NCBI RefSeq assembly: GCF_963921235.1
Contig: NC_086097.1
Span: 111,974,001 to 112,038,000 of the forward strand
Direction: 5' to 3'
Origin: Mobula hypostoma
Lineage: Eukaryota
DNA: 64,000 bases
This document shows, piece after piece, positions 24,085 through 37,610 of the stretch (within the stretch, counting starts at the first letter, position 1; each line of letters begins with the position of its first letter). The notes below the pieces were generated by a model. The model ran no database searches. It was not told the DNA's origin and saw only the letters and a list, made by a program, of their open reading frames with translations. The position numbers were made by a program, and so were the translations under genes.

Positions 24085-27000
24085 ACCATAAAACACAGGA
24101 GCTGAATTAGGCCCATCAAGTTTGCTCTGCCATTCTATCATGGCTGATTTATTATCCCTCTCAATCCCATTCTCTTGCCTTTTCTCTGTAACCTTTGATG
24201 CCCTAACTAATCAAGAAACCATCAAACTCCACTTTAAACATACCATTGACTTAGCCTCCAAAGCCATCTGTGGCAATGAATTCCACAGATTTACTACCCA
24301 CTGGTTAAAGAAGTTCCTCTGTTCTAAATGGACATCCCTTTATTCTGAGGCTGCAATCTCTGGTCCTAGACTCTCCCACTATAGGAAACATCTTCTCCAC
24401 ATTCACTCTATCTAGGCCCTTCAATATTTGATGGGTTTCAATGAGATCCCTCCACATTCTCCTGAACTGCAGTGAGTATAGGTTCAGAGCCTCTAACTCT
24501 TTCATTCCCAAAATCATTCTCAGGAACCTCCTCTGGACCCTCTCCAATGCCAGTACATCTTTTCTTAGATAAGGGGCCCAAAATTGCTTGCAATACTCCA
24601 ACTGCAGTCTGACCAATGTCTTATAAAACTACAGCATTGCATCCTGGCTTTTACATTCTACTCCTCTTGAAATGAATGCTGACATTGCAATTGCCTACCC
24701 AAACTGTAATTTAACTTTTAGGGAATCCTGCATGAGAATTCCCAAGTTCATTTGCACCTCTGAGTTTTGAATTTCTCCGTTTAGAAAATAGTCCATGTCT
24801 TTATTCCTTCTGCCAAAGTGCATGATCTTGTCAAAGGCTTTCAGAAAATCCAAATAAGCAACATCCACTGTCCATTCTGCCTGTTATTTTCCCCTTGAGA
24901 AAACTGTAATGCCCTTTGGGCCTGAAATCTTATCCTTAAGAATGGGCTAGAATATCTTCCCAACAGCTGAAGTCGAGCTAATTGACTGATCAATTCGTTT
25001 ATCTGCCTCCCTCCCTTCTTAAAAAGTGAAGTGACATTTGCAATTTTCCATTCCTCCAGAACCATTCCAGAATCTAATGCTTCTACAATTCCTTCAGCTC
25101 CCTCATATTGAACCCTGGGGTGTAGCCCATCTGTAGTCCAGGTGACTTATCTACAGTACCGCACAAAAGTCTTAGGCACATATACTTAGCTATGACCTTT
25201 GCACAGTACTGTATTTGTCAACGTGGAGTAGAGAGCGAGTTTGTAAATCTGGTGGGTACAAATGATGTTGGAGTGGTGAGGGTGGAGTGCTGCAGCAGGG
25301 CTGTGTAACAGGTGGCAGAGAAGGAGTGACGGGGCAGAGGGTGGCACGGGTGCAGACATACCCAGCCCTGAGACACCAGGCAATGTCATTTGATAACAAA
25401 TATAGATAATTATAGATGATCAAACAAGTTATAAATCCTTACAGAATGTCTCTCTGGTGTTTCCACTTCTCCCAACTATGACTTCCTCACTCTCTGCCCC
25501 CTTCCAACTCTCAGTCCACAACAGAGACCCATATCAGCATCAGGTTTATCATCACTCACAAATGTCATGAAATTTTTTTTGAATCAGCAGTATGGTGCAA
25601 TACAAAAAATTACTACTGTACTGTGCAAAAGTCTTGGCACCCTAGGTATAAATATGTGCCTGAGACATTGCACGATACTGTATATTCAGACCAAGCACCT
25701 TCTCCTTAGTAATAGCAGGTACACTCACTTCTGCCCCGACACTCTCAAATTCCTGACATCTGCTAGTGTCTTCACACATTGAAGATGGACACAAAATATT
25801 TATTAAGTTTGTTGCCATTTATTTGTCCCCAATTACTACTTCTCCAGCATAATTTTCTAGTGGTCTGGTATCTACTCTCGTCTCTCTTTTACTCTTTTTA
25901 TATCTGAAAAAATCTTCTGGTATCATTTTTAAAATTTTATTGACAAGTTTACCTTCATATTTCATCTTCTCTGTCCTTATGGCCTTTTTAGTGCCTTGTT
26001 GCTTTTTAAAAGCATTCCAATCCTCGAACTTCCACCAAATTTTTGCTATATTATTTGTCCCCTTTTGTTTTTATGTTACCTTTGACTTCCGTTGTCAACC
26101 ATAGTTGTCACGTTTTCCTTTCAGTATATGTCTTCTTTGGGATGTACCTGTACTATGTCTGCTGAATTGGTCCCAGAAACTCCAGCCATTGCTGTCCTTT
26201 TAAATTTTGGCCAGCTCCTCTCTCATGCCCCTGTAATTCCCTTTACTCCACTGTAATATTGATACATCTGATCTTAGCTTCTCTCTCTCAAACTGCAGGG
26301 TGATTTCTATCATTACTTCCTAAGGATTCCTTCACCTTAAGCTCCCTAATCAATCAGTTTCATTACACAGCACACAATCAAGAAGTGCCTTTTTCCCATG
26401 AGCTTGACCACAAGCTGCTCTAAAAAACCATCTCGAAGGCATTCTACAAATTCCCTCTCTTGATTTCACCAACTTGACTTTCTCAATCTTCCTGCATATT
26501 GGAATCCTCCATAACTACTGTGGCATTGTCCTTTTTACCTGCCTTTTCTATCTCCCATTGTAATTTGTACTTTATATCCTGGCTATTGTTCAGAGGCCTG
26601 TATGTAATTCTCACCAGGGTATTTTTACCTTGCAGTTTCTTAACTCTACCCACAAGGATTCTATATCTTCCAATCCAATGTCACCTCTTTCTGAGGATTT
26701 GATTTCATTTTTTACCAACAGAGATATGCCACCCCCTTTGTCTACCTGACCGTGCTTTCAATACAATGTGCACCCTTGGGTGCTAAGCAGCCGACCATGA
26801 CCTTCTTTCAGCCCTGACTCAGTGATGCCCAGAACCTCATACTTGCCAACCTCCAGCTGCACTACAAGTTCATCTACTGTACCTTATTCCATATACTGCA
26901 TGCATTCAAATATAACACCTTCAGTCCTGTATTCATCACCCTTTTCAATTTTGACCCCATATTACATTTCAATTTTGTCCCATCATCTGCCTGTCCTTCC

Positions 27001-27398
27001 TCATAGTCTCTCTACACTCTATGTTGACATGTATACCAAATGCCCCATCCTCCTGCCTAATTAGTTTAAACTCTCCCCAACAGCTCTGGCAAACCTGCCT
27101 GCAAGAATACAGGTCCCTCTCAAGTTCAGGTGTAACCTGTCCTTTTTGAACAGGTCATACATTCCCCCAGAAGAGATCCCAATGATCTAAATATCTGAAA
27201 CCCTACGCCCCGGCACTAATTCCTCTGCCACATATTCATCTGCAAAGTCGTCCTATTCTTACCCACACTGGTGCATGGTTCAGAGAGCAATCCAGAGATT
27301 ACTATCCTTGAAGCCCTGCTTTTAAGCTTTCTACCTAAATCCCTATATTCTCCCTTCAGGACCTCATTCCATTTGCTAACTGTGTCATTGGTACCAAG
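24085..27398 (-). mobile_element. CR1 LINE (ORF1 3' part to tail, internally deleted)
   Basis: agaccataa tail on +, RT/APE remnants, ORF1 end ...LAGRFARAVGESLN* at 27061-27120. Confidence 0.85.
25154..25680. mobile_element. Composite Tc1-type MITE (two mini-MITEs flanking about 400 bp of cargo), TA TSD
   Basis: Units 25154-25211 and 25616-25680, each approximately CAGTACTGTGCAAAAGTCTT...TTGCACAGTACTG; interrupts the CR1 at a TA. Confidence 0.8.
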
Positions 27399-27685
27399 CA
27401 ACACATATAAAATGCTGGAGGAACTCAGCAGGCCAGGCAGCATCTATGGAAAAAAGTATAGTCGATGGTTCGGGTCCAAACCCTTCAACAGGGCTGGAGA
27501 AAAATAGCTGAGGAGTAGACTTGAAAGGTAGGAGTGGAGGGGAGAGAGAAACACCAGGCGATAGGTGAAACTTGGAGGGGAAGGGATGAAGCAAACAGCT
27601 AGGAAGTTGATTGGTGAAAGAGACAGAAGGCCATGGAAGAAAGGAGGGGGGAGGGAAGATGAGCACTAGAGGGAGGCGAGTGATG
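27399..27685 (-). mobile_element. Penelope terminal repeat fragment
   Basis: ctggaggaactcagcaggccaggcagcatc motif plus degenerate hammerhead. Confidence 0.7.
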
Positions 27686-29690
27686 CAAAATACTCATTTA
27701 ATTCATCAGCCATCTCCTTGTACCCGATTATTGTTTCTCCTGCCTCATTTTCTAGCGGTCTACGTCACTCTCATTTCTCTTTTATTTTTAACATACCTGA
27801 AAAAACTTTTACTATCCACTGATATTATTTGCTCGCTTGCTTTCATATTTCATCTTTTCCCTTTTAATTATTTTTTTTGTCCTCTAAGTAGGTTTTTAAA
27901 AACTTCCCAATCCTCTATCTTTTGCTTTGTTGGATGCCTGGGAGGCCTGTCTATAAGTGCCATCAACGTCCTTTTACACTTGCAGTTTCTTAACTCAACC
28001 CACAAGGGTTCAATATCTTTTGATCCTATCTCACATCTTTCTACTGATTTGATGCCATTCTTTACCAGTAGCGCCACATCACCCCCTCTGCCTACCTTCC
28101 TATCCCTCTGATATAACGTGTAACCTTGGACATTCAGCTCCCAACTACAACCATCCAACAGCCACGATTCAGTGAAGGCCACAACATCATACCTGGCAAT
28201 CTGTAATAGTGCAACAAGATCATCCACCTTATTTCTTATATTATGTGCATTTAGATACAACACCTTGAGTTTTTGCTATCCTTTCTGATCCTGCATCCTT
28301 AATGTTTTGATTCTCAGTTTGTTGGCTGCAACTAAGTCCCATCGCCTGCTTGCCCTTCCTGACAGTCTGACTGCATGCTAACTTTACTTTTTTACCATCC
28401 GTCCTATCCTGAGTCCCATCACTCCAGTTCCCACCCCCCCCCACCAAGTTAGTTTAAACCTTCCCCAACAACTCTAGCAAACCTGCCCGTGAGAATATTG
28501 GTCCCCCTCAGGTTCAGGTGCAACCTGTTACTTTTGAACAGGTCATACCTCCCCCAGAAGAGATCCCAATGATCAAAGAACCTGAAACCCTGTGCCCTGC
28601 ACCAGCTTCTCAGTCACACATTTGCCAAATCATCACTCATTTGCCAAATCATCCTGTTTCTACCCTCACTGGCTGGCAGCAATCCAGAGATTACTAGCCA
28701 AGAGGTCCTGCTTCTTCACTTTATACCTAGCTCTCTAAATTCTCTTTTCAGGACCTCTTTGTTTTTCCTTCCTATGTCACTGATACCAATATGTACCAAG
28801 ACATCTGGCTGCTCCCCTGTGGATGTGATCTGAGACATCCTTGACCCTGGCACCTGGGAGGCAACACACCATCCGGTGTCCTGTTGACGTCCACAGAATC
28901 TCCTGTCTGTTCCCCTCACTATTGAGTCCCCTATCACTACTCCCTTCTTCTCTCTCTTTCCCTTCTGCACCACAGACCCATGCTCAGTGCCTGTAACCTG
29001 GTTGCCATGGCATTCTCCCAGGAGGTCATTCCCCCACAAAAGAATCCAAAGCGGTATACTTATTTTTGAGGGGACTAGACACAGGGATGCTCTGCTCCAT
29101 CTGCCTATTTCCATTTCTCTTGACAGTCACCCAGCTACTCGCCTCCTGCAACTTCGGGATGACTACTTCCCTGTAAATTTGATTAATTATTTCCTCATTC
29201 TCCTGCACAAGCCGAAAGTCATCCAGTTGCTGCTCCAGACCCCTAACATGATCTTCAAGGAGCTGCAGCCGGATGCACTTCACTCAGATGTAGTTCCCTG
29301 GGAGACTCTGGGTCTCCCAGTTCTCCAACATCGGGCACAAAGAACACATCACAGCCATTTAAATGGTACAGTAAGAGAGAAAAAAGAAAAAAGGTTTACA
29401 GACGCTTTACACAGAGCCGATGCCTCTTCCGAGCCAAAGCCTGTCGCTTCTACTCTTGCTGCTGGCCTATTCCTGACAAAGGTCATGCTGCTTATCCCTT
29501 CTGTACTTTTATTTAGTTCATAGAGCTCTGTTGACACCACTAATAGGCCCCGTACAATGGACAAACGCCTGCGAAGCTCTCTTTTTAAATAATCGCCGTC
29601 GACCTGTGAGAAACACCTCTTCTTTGCAGAGCTCTGTTGATGCTGCTGCTAGGCGACCTGGGTCACAACTCCCCTTCTATGTTAGTTCCG
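27686..29690 (-). mobile_element. CR1 5' half (5'UTR, ORF1, APE) of another subfamily
   Basis: ORFs 29026-29283 and 28716-29114 (VIGDSIVRG), ORF1 end ...GEGLN* at 28449, ORF 27868-28263 (LNAHNIRNK, TESW). Confidence 0.85.
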
Positions 29691-30259
29691 CATAGCCCTC
29701 AATTTCCTGACCTTCCATAAATTTAGTTTCCTAATCTTTAAGTATCTCCTAAGCCCGCTGGAGTAATAAATTACCTTTTCAGATCTCATCTGGGGCACCT
29801 TCTTTAATTTCGTTCTGGATTTATTGGATTTTTGGGATGGTGTAACACAAATAAACCAGTATGGCACTGAAACACAATAATTAAAATGATTGAAATTTGC
29901 ACAGGGTAGCTTGGAGAAACACTCTCTTGCAATCACAATCTATGCTCTTTAGAAGATGTAATAATCCTTCAAGGGGTGAGGTTCGTTATAGCAGTCCTGA
30001 TGGTTACAAGACAACAGAGAAATAAATGTGCTTTGCATACAAGTGCATGTTGAGACAAATTCATCTCTGTGTATTATTTCTACTCAACGGTTGTGTAGAG
30101 AAATCAGTGGCACTATGATTATCGGTGAGGATGATGGGGAAAGAAATAGGAGGATGAAACATTATTACAGTATTAGAGAAAAATCCATGATGACAGTGGA
30201 ATGAAATGGTTCTCTGGGGATCTACCACGAGGAAGAAGAGTTTTTTTTGAAGTGGTTTT

Positions 30260-30700
30260 GTGGAAGTGAAGCTCATCAATTTTGTCTGGTGGCCTGAAAT
30301 AAAGAAAAATTTAGAGGACACAATGGAGGAGTGTACACTTTACCAACACTGCAAGAAATCACCTCAAACTTAAGATTCTTTTCTCTCAAACCTAACAAAC
30401 ATAGTTGTGAAGACAAGTGGATTTTGCAATTCTATTTATGGCAAAGGAGATCATGATGATGATGGGTATGCATTCTAAGTGGAAGGAAGGGTACCTGTAG
30501 CTCTCAAGTAACAAGCTGAAGAGCTACAATAGCCTGTAAGCATTACTCATGACAGACATTGGAAGAAACTTCACTGATACAGTAAAAGGAATGCGCAGAG
30601 CTTCATATTGTAACACCAGTCTCATAGTGTGTGACTAGTTATCTCACTCTTTTGAGAAAATCAAATTACACTAGGTGCTAGTAGGCCATCAGAAGGTTCC
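30260..30700 (+). mobile_element. Highly degraded Gypsy integrase relic
   Basis: Translates FVWWPEIKKNLEDTMEECTLYQHC and HSKW, similar to the integrase at 33411-33950. Confidence 0.55.
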
Positions 30701-32437
30701 AGGTATCTGAAGGAGGCAGTGTATAGAAACCACACACTTCTGGAGATAAGTTTCATTTACAGGAAAAGAAACAATATGTACAAAATATTCACATGCAAGA
30801 ACAAATTAAAATTCAAACATTCTGTTTAGGTTCAAAATCTCAGCTATCACAGCACAGCATATTCCTTTTTAATTAGAATCAGTAATATTCATTAGAATAA
30901 CCCTTGTTACTCCAATTTCTCTAATTAATTAGATCTAGTGGTATTCCCTATTTAAAAGTTTACAGACTAAACTTTCCTTTCTATTTATCCCTAGTTAGTT
31001 AGAAAACCAAATATAATTCCTATTCTCAAGTATTGTAGTTAATTTCAATTTCAGTTCCAGGCAGCATATCTACAAGTTTAAATTCAGATTCAAAAATTAT
31101 ATACACACAGTTTAACACCTTTCACAATAATTTTCCAACATCACAACTTTTAAACAAAGTAAATTTCATTCAGTAACTTATCAAAATCTTTGCAAAATAA
31201 TCAGTTCTTGCTGAGAATCAAATTCGGACTCTTCGAATGAAAACAAACTTATACATCTAACCGTATTAAATCCTCTGCGTCATTACACATTTCGTTCCCG
31301 CGCTAGTTTTTCATAGTGGGTGGCTTGCCATATTATTTCTTGGATTCGTTGGAATGAAATAGTTTATCATCCACAGAAAGTCAATTAACAAACTTGTACC
31401 AAAACTTGGCCAAATCCCTTGGTATGAATTTGCAGAACTAATTCCCGACTACATGGTAGGGATTTTGGACACTCGTCTCTGCCGATATTGTCTCGTTAAA
31501 GCTGTAGCTTCAATAAATCTGTTATCGCTATTGTCTCTCCTCCAGGGGTATCACCCTGAGGGTTTCAAGATAGTAAAGATACTCAGTACTAATTCTACTC
31601 TTAACAGTTCATGTCTTCAGCTTCCAATTGTTGCCGTGTTTCCCTCCTCGCCCATCCTGTGCCCCACCCTCGCATAGCGTTTTTTTTCAAATTCTCTTCT
31701 ATTTTAATCGGTAAATCTTGTTTTCATCCCTCCGCAGGTACAATAGAACTTTTTAACATTACAACTTTGGGTTTAATTAACCTGGGTTACAATACCATTC
31801 ACCATCATTCAAATAGGTAGAATTTGCAGTCTAAATTGGACTGAAAAACATGAAAGAGATTAAATTAAAATTAATGTTTCACCCTTTATTTTGTTTCGAC
31901 GAAGTGCCACGCACAACTGCAGGACAGATACTTGTAAGGTTTATAGATGGGTAGAATTTTATCAGCGTATCGTAGCTCGCACTTAGGACCCGGGCACCGC
32001 TGCTATAAAAGGCTCCGATGCTAGGTAAGATGATAGTGCCCTGCGACTCGCTCCGTGCCCAGATTTCACCGCCCTGCCCGAAGCTGCTCTTAGGCTCTTC
32101 ACATCAGCTCAGCCAGCGCCCACAGCGATCCAACCGGGCCTGCTGTATGGGCATCGCAACTCCTTCACCGTTTGCGGCGATAATTTAACACAATTTACCT
32201 CAGAAATATATTTTTATTAATGTTTTTAGTTGGGTTTCTTAGGTTTCTGACTACCAGAAAGCTGTCTCACATGTTTGATAGCGCCATCTTAACCGGAATA
32301 AGGTTGAGAGTACGGAGAAAATTCACAAGGATATTGCTGAGATCTGAGTTGAAAGGAAAGATTGAATAGTTTATTCCTTGGAACGTAGAAAATTGAGGGG
32401 AAATTTGATAGAGGTATCCAAAATTATGAAGGGTGTA

Positions 32438-35400
32438 TGTAGTAACTTCTACTTTGAAAAAGGCACACTCAACAACTTCATGCCCAAAGAAACAACTTCA
32501 TCTCGAACGTCAAAACCGTTATGTATATACAGAGGCTTTTTACAACCCGTACGGCATAGCAGGCACACTATATACAAAGCACACCGGCAGTCAAAAAAGA
32601 ACAGAAGTAGAAGCCCCCCGCCCAATTATCCTATTTAGTATTAACTTACTTTTAATAATGCTCACATTACAACACTTCTCACCCTTTAAAATCCAACATC
32701 CCCAAATGTAAAAAAACTAGGAAATAAAAACAGTGGTGTTATGTACCCCTGAAAACTTATACTTGTATCTCAGCAACAGTTTATCAATACAAAACATCTG
32801 GAAAATGTGACAGATTCAACATTCAGTCTAACAAAAGCAAAAAAAAACCTGTCCTGTCAAAGATTCAGTCTGTCAGGAGGTTTACGAGTGCGCTGTGATC
32901 TGCACACTACCCCTGTGACCCAGCAGGCACCGCTGGTGAAGAGGTTTTGGGTAGATCTGGTTTTGGGGGCATGAGAGGGGTCTGCCTGCCTACGTGAGAA
33001 TGTCCATCCTCCTCATGGGACCCCTACCCCTCTGCCAGCGTCTCGACCTCTGGCAAAGTCACTGGTGGACATGCTTCCACCATAGTCTGTCTCACAAATG
33101 AAAATTCCATGGAACTGTCTGCCTCTGACCCGGTATCATGATGCAGGCGCACATGGTCCTGATGTCTGCTGAAAAGACGCCCATCAGTCAGCTTAACAAC
33201 ATAGGAGACGGGACCAGTCTGCTTAAGAATAAGCCCAGGCAGCCATTGTTGATTGTTTCTCGCATAGACATTGTCATCTGGTTTTAACTGCCTCTCTCAC
33301 GCATGTTGATCATGTCCCTCCTTCTGCTTTTCCTGCTTTCTCTCCACTTTTGCCTTCATGTCCGGCTGCAGCAGGTCCAATCTTGACTTGGGCCTATGCC
33401 CCATCATAGTCTATGGCGTGAGGCGGTATTTAAACAGGAAACGTGAAAGCCACATGCTAAGAGAGTCCCTTGTCATCCGCTTCAGGCCTTCCTTCACTGT
33501 CTGAACAGCCCGCTCAGCCAAATCATTGGAAGCTGGGTGGAAAGGGGCCGCCCGAATGTGATGAATGCCATTCTGCTGCATGAACTCACTGAACAGTTCA
33601 CTGGTGAACGTCAGGCCATTATCAGTGACCAGAGTGTCAGGCAACCAGTGGACTGCAACCACTTGCCTGAGTTTGTCTATGGTTGAGGGGGCTGTGATGT
33701 TGCTCATTATGTGAGCTTCGATCCATTTAGAATGCGCATCTACCATTACAAGAAATATCTGCCCCATAAAAGGGCCAGCAAAGTCCAAATGTAGCCTAGA
33801 CCAGGGGTGGTCTGGCCACTCCCATGGATGCAAAGGAGCTGGTGGTGGCATATTCTGATTAGTCTGACATTGAGTGCATGATTTTACCCTGTTCTCCAGA
33901 TCCTGATCCATTCTTGGCTACCAGATGTAGGATCTTGCAAGGCTTTTCATTCAAGACACTCCTGGGTGAGTCTCATGAATTTCCTCCACAATTTGAATGG
34001 CCAGGGGGAGGCACAATGGCCCTCACCCTCCCAGAAAATGAAGCCATCCTGCAGACTCAGTTCTGTGTTGCATTTAGCATAGTTCCTCTACTTCCACGAC
34101 TCTGGGCCAACCTTGTAAAAGAAAAGTCTTGACCTGGGACAGGACTGGGTCCCTCTCTGTCCACTGTCTGATCTGGGTCGCCCTTACTGGTGTCTCTGAC
34201 AGCCTCTCCAATGAAACACAGTCTCTGGAGGCACATATGTAGCAACAGGTGTCTCAGGTAAAGGTAGTCAACTCAGTGCATCTGTATTTGCATTATTCCC
34301 ACCCACTCTGTACACTATAGTGTACCGGTAGGCTGACAATGTAAGAGCCCGATGCTGTATCCTGGCAGAGGCTAGCGGTGGGATGCATCTAGTCTCACTG
34401 AACAGGCTCATCAGTGTCTGTATAAATCGTAAATATGCGACCATAAAGGTACTGATGAAAGTGTTTTACCGCAAAAACAATCAGACCTTCTTTGCCTAGC
34501 TGTGAACATCCCTTCTCAGCAGCTGTCAGGGTATGTGAAGCAAAACCAATAGGCTTCTCTGAATGGTCCTCCATTACAAGTGAGAGAACTGCCCTGACTC
34601 CATATCCTCATCACATGCAAGGGTGATCTCCTTGTCTGGGTCAAAGTGAACAAGCAGCTTTGCTGAGTGGAGGAGTTCTTTCACTTCCTTGAAAGCTTTC
34701 TCCTGCTCTTCACCCCACCGCCACTTAGTGTCATTGTGAAGCAGCTTATACAGTGGGGTCAAAACCCTTGAGAGGTCAGGAAGAAACTTGCCATAATAAC
34801 TCACCATGCCCAAAAATGATCTGAGTTCCGTGATGGTCTTAGAGCTTGGGGCTTCCTTAATAGCTCTCACTTTGTCCTCCACAGGGCAAAGCCCCTCAGC
34901 TGTGAACTTGTGTCCCAGGTAAGTCACACTCGATGCCAGGAACACACATTTTCCTCGTTTCAACCGCAGCCCTGCGTCTGACAGCCTCTTCAGCACCCGT
35001 TCTAAGTTAGCTGGATGCTCTACCTCCGTCGCCCCCGTGATCAAAATATCATCAAGATACACTGCTACGTGCAGAATCCCCTGCAGCAAAGTGTCCATTG
35101 TCCTTTGGAAAAATGGCAGGGCCTCCAACGCCACTCCAAACACCAGGCGATTGTACGTGAATAATCCCTTGTGCGTATTAATTGTAACATGCTGCTCTGA
35201 ATCCTCGTTGAGCAGCAGCTGTTGGTAGGCATGGCTCATGTCCAGCTTTGTGAACAGCTTACCCTCTGACAGGGCCGCAAACAGGTCATCCACCCATGGC
35301 AATGGGTACTCCTCCAGCCTAGAGATCTGATTCACTTTAAGCTTATAATCCCCACATATCCTCACCGTTTTGTCTGACTTCAAAACTGGAACAATGGAAG

Positions 35401-37091
35401 CCACCCACCTTGAAAACAGGACGGGCTCAATAATGCCCAGCCTCTCTAAACATTCTAGCTCCTCCTCGACTTTGCCTTTTATGGCATAGGACACCGACCT
35501 GGGCTTAAAAAGACATGGTGTAGCCTCAGGGTCGACATGGAGTTTCACTGTCATACCCTTCAGTGTTCCTAGCTTGTCCCTGAAAACGTCACTGTACCGC
35601 TGCAGAGTGTCCTCCGTCGTGTGTGCATATTGAATCTCATGCCAGTTTAGCTGGATTTTGTGAAGCCAATCGCGACCCAAAAGACTGAGTCCCCTGGCCT
35701 TAGCTATTACTAGTCTGGCTTCAGCGTTCTGACCCCCGGCTGAAATGTCCACATATAGCACCCCCAAATGAGGTATGGGCTGCCCCGTATAGGTCCTAAC
35801 TTTGAGCCTTGACAGTCTAATGGGAGGCAGGTTGGACCCCCATGTCCTCCTGTAGGTCTCCTCACTAATGACCAATGCAGTAGTACCCGAATCAATCTCA
35901 AACTTAATGTCCTTTCCCGTGACAGTGACTGTGGCGTAATATGGTTCAGGTGGTTCCTCATCTGTTTCCACTGCAAACATGTTGTAGGCACACGATGTCT
36001 CTTCATCTGCTTCTTCTAGATGGTGTGTGGCTGCCTGAGCCTGTTGGGCTTTCCCCTGCCCAGGCTTAATCTTACCCTTTGAACTTCTGCACTTTTTAGC
36101 CAAATGTCCCTTTTTGCTACAAGCATGGCAGACAGTGTCTTTGAACTTGCAATCATTTGCACAGTGCATCCCTCCACACCGGAAACATTCCACCCGCTTT
36201 GCCCGTTTACCAGTCTCCCTCCTGACTTGGTGCACTGCCGCCGACTGCAGCCCCATGTCCTTTCTGGATATCCTTGACATTATTAGCAGCCATCTCCATG
36301 CCTTGGGCAATCTCTAAGGCTTTGAAAGTCAGCGGTGGGGCTTCCCCTAACAGGCGGCGTTGTATGCCGTCATTATTAATGCCGCATACCAATCTATCAC
36401 GGAGCATGTCTTCCAACACTGCTCCGAAATCACAATGTTCAGACAGCTGCCGAAGCTCGGCCACAAAATTGTCCACAGACTAACCTGGCTTCCTGAAACG
36501 GCTGTGAAACTTACACCGTTGGACAATCACAGAAAGTTTCGGATTGCAGTGGTTCCTCACGAGCTTGACCAGTTCGTCATCTGGAATGTCCCCCGGTTTC
36601 CGCGGTGTGGCTAAATTCCTCATTAGCTTGTAAGTCTTTGCCCCACACACACTCGGGAGAATAGAGCACTTCTTAGCCTCCTCCGTAATTCCATTAGCAC
36701 AGAAAAAGTGTCCCAACCTTTCCTCATACTCCGGCCAGTCCTCGTTCCCTTCCAGAAATTCACCGATAGTTCCAAACGTAGCCAGCTGAAACTCGAAGCT
36801 TCCGTTCGAAAAATGTGCCGATACGTTCACAAAATCAGTTCACCTCGTCGCAAAAAAAATGTAGTAACTTCTACTTTGAAAAAGACACACTGGACAACGT
36901 CATGCCCAAAGAAACAACTTTATCTCGAACGTCAAAACCGCTATGTATATGCAGAGGCTTTTTACAACCCGCATGGCATGGCAGGCACACTATATACAAA
37001 GCACACTGGAAGTCAAAAAAGAACGGAAGTAGAACCCCCCAATTATCCTAATTAGTATTAACTTACTTTTAATAATAATCACATTACAACA
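32438..37091 (-). mobile_element. Full-length Gypsy LTR retrotransposon (Mag-like), decayed, inserted in a CR1 3' fragment
   Basis: LTRs 32438-32674 and 36860-37091 (TG...CA), 5-bp TSD GTGTA, PBS-like ttgcgacgaggtg near 36841-36853, PPT at 32675-32690, gag-PR-RT-RH-IN order. Confidence 0.97.
33411..36790 (-). pseudogene. Gypsy gag-pol polyprotein (frameshifts and stops)
   Basis: Two Cys/His knuckles (CFRCGGMHCANDC, CHACSKKGHLAKKC), protease FEIDSG, RT YLDD, RNase H start LACD, integrase LDFAGP / TDNG / AERAV. Confidence 0.93.
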
Positions 37092-37593
37092 GTGTAGATA
37101 GGGTAAATGCAAGCAGGCCTTTCTATTGAGATAGGCTGGGACGACAATGAGAGGTCATGGGTTAAAGTGATAAGTTTAAGGGGAACATGAAGGGAAATGT
37201 CTTCACTCAGAGGGTCATGAAAGTGTGGAACTAAGTGGTGCATGCAAGCTCGATTTCAACGTTTAACAGAAGTTTGGATAGGTACATGGATAGTAGGGGT
37301 ATGGGAGGCTATGGTCCATGTGCAAATCGATGGGACTAGGTAGTTTAAATGGGTTGGCTCAGACTAAGGGCCTGTTTCTGTGCTGTTCTTTTCTGTGACA
37401 CTATGACTCTAATTAAAATGTATTCTTCTGTTTTGATGCATAAATGATATAACATGTATACATAGGAAGTTATTTACCCAAAGAACAAGCAATTTGAAAT
37501 GTTAAAATGATGATATATGTGTTAAAATGCTGCTGATATCCAGTGGTAATATAAAATGGATTGATGAGTTTAAGAGCTTAAACAAATCTAAAT

Positions 37594-37610
37594 CTGCCAC
37601 CTAGTGTTCA
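37594..37610 (-). promoter_or_regulatory. Candidate CTCF motif
   Basis: Reverse complement TGAACACTAGGTGGCAG resembles the CCAsYAGrkGGCr consensus; lies in non-repeat AT-rich sequence. Confidence 0.3.

Noticed and set aside
32265..32290. TGGCGC (minus strand) as a retroviral primer-binding site
   Set aside because: Only a short match to any tRNA 3' end and no adjacent LTR; better explained as a YY1 motif.
32378..32711. Similar short ORFs at 32378-32711 and 36708-37055 as duplicated genes
   Set aside because: They are chance frames across the two Gypsy LTRs.
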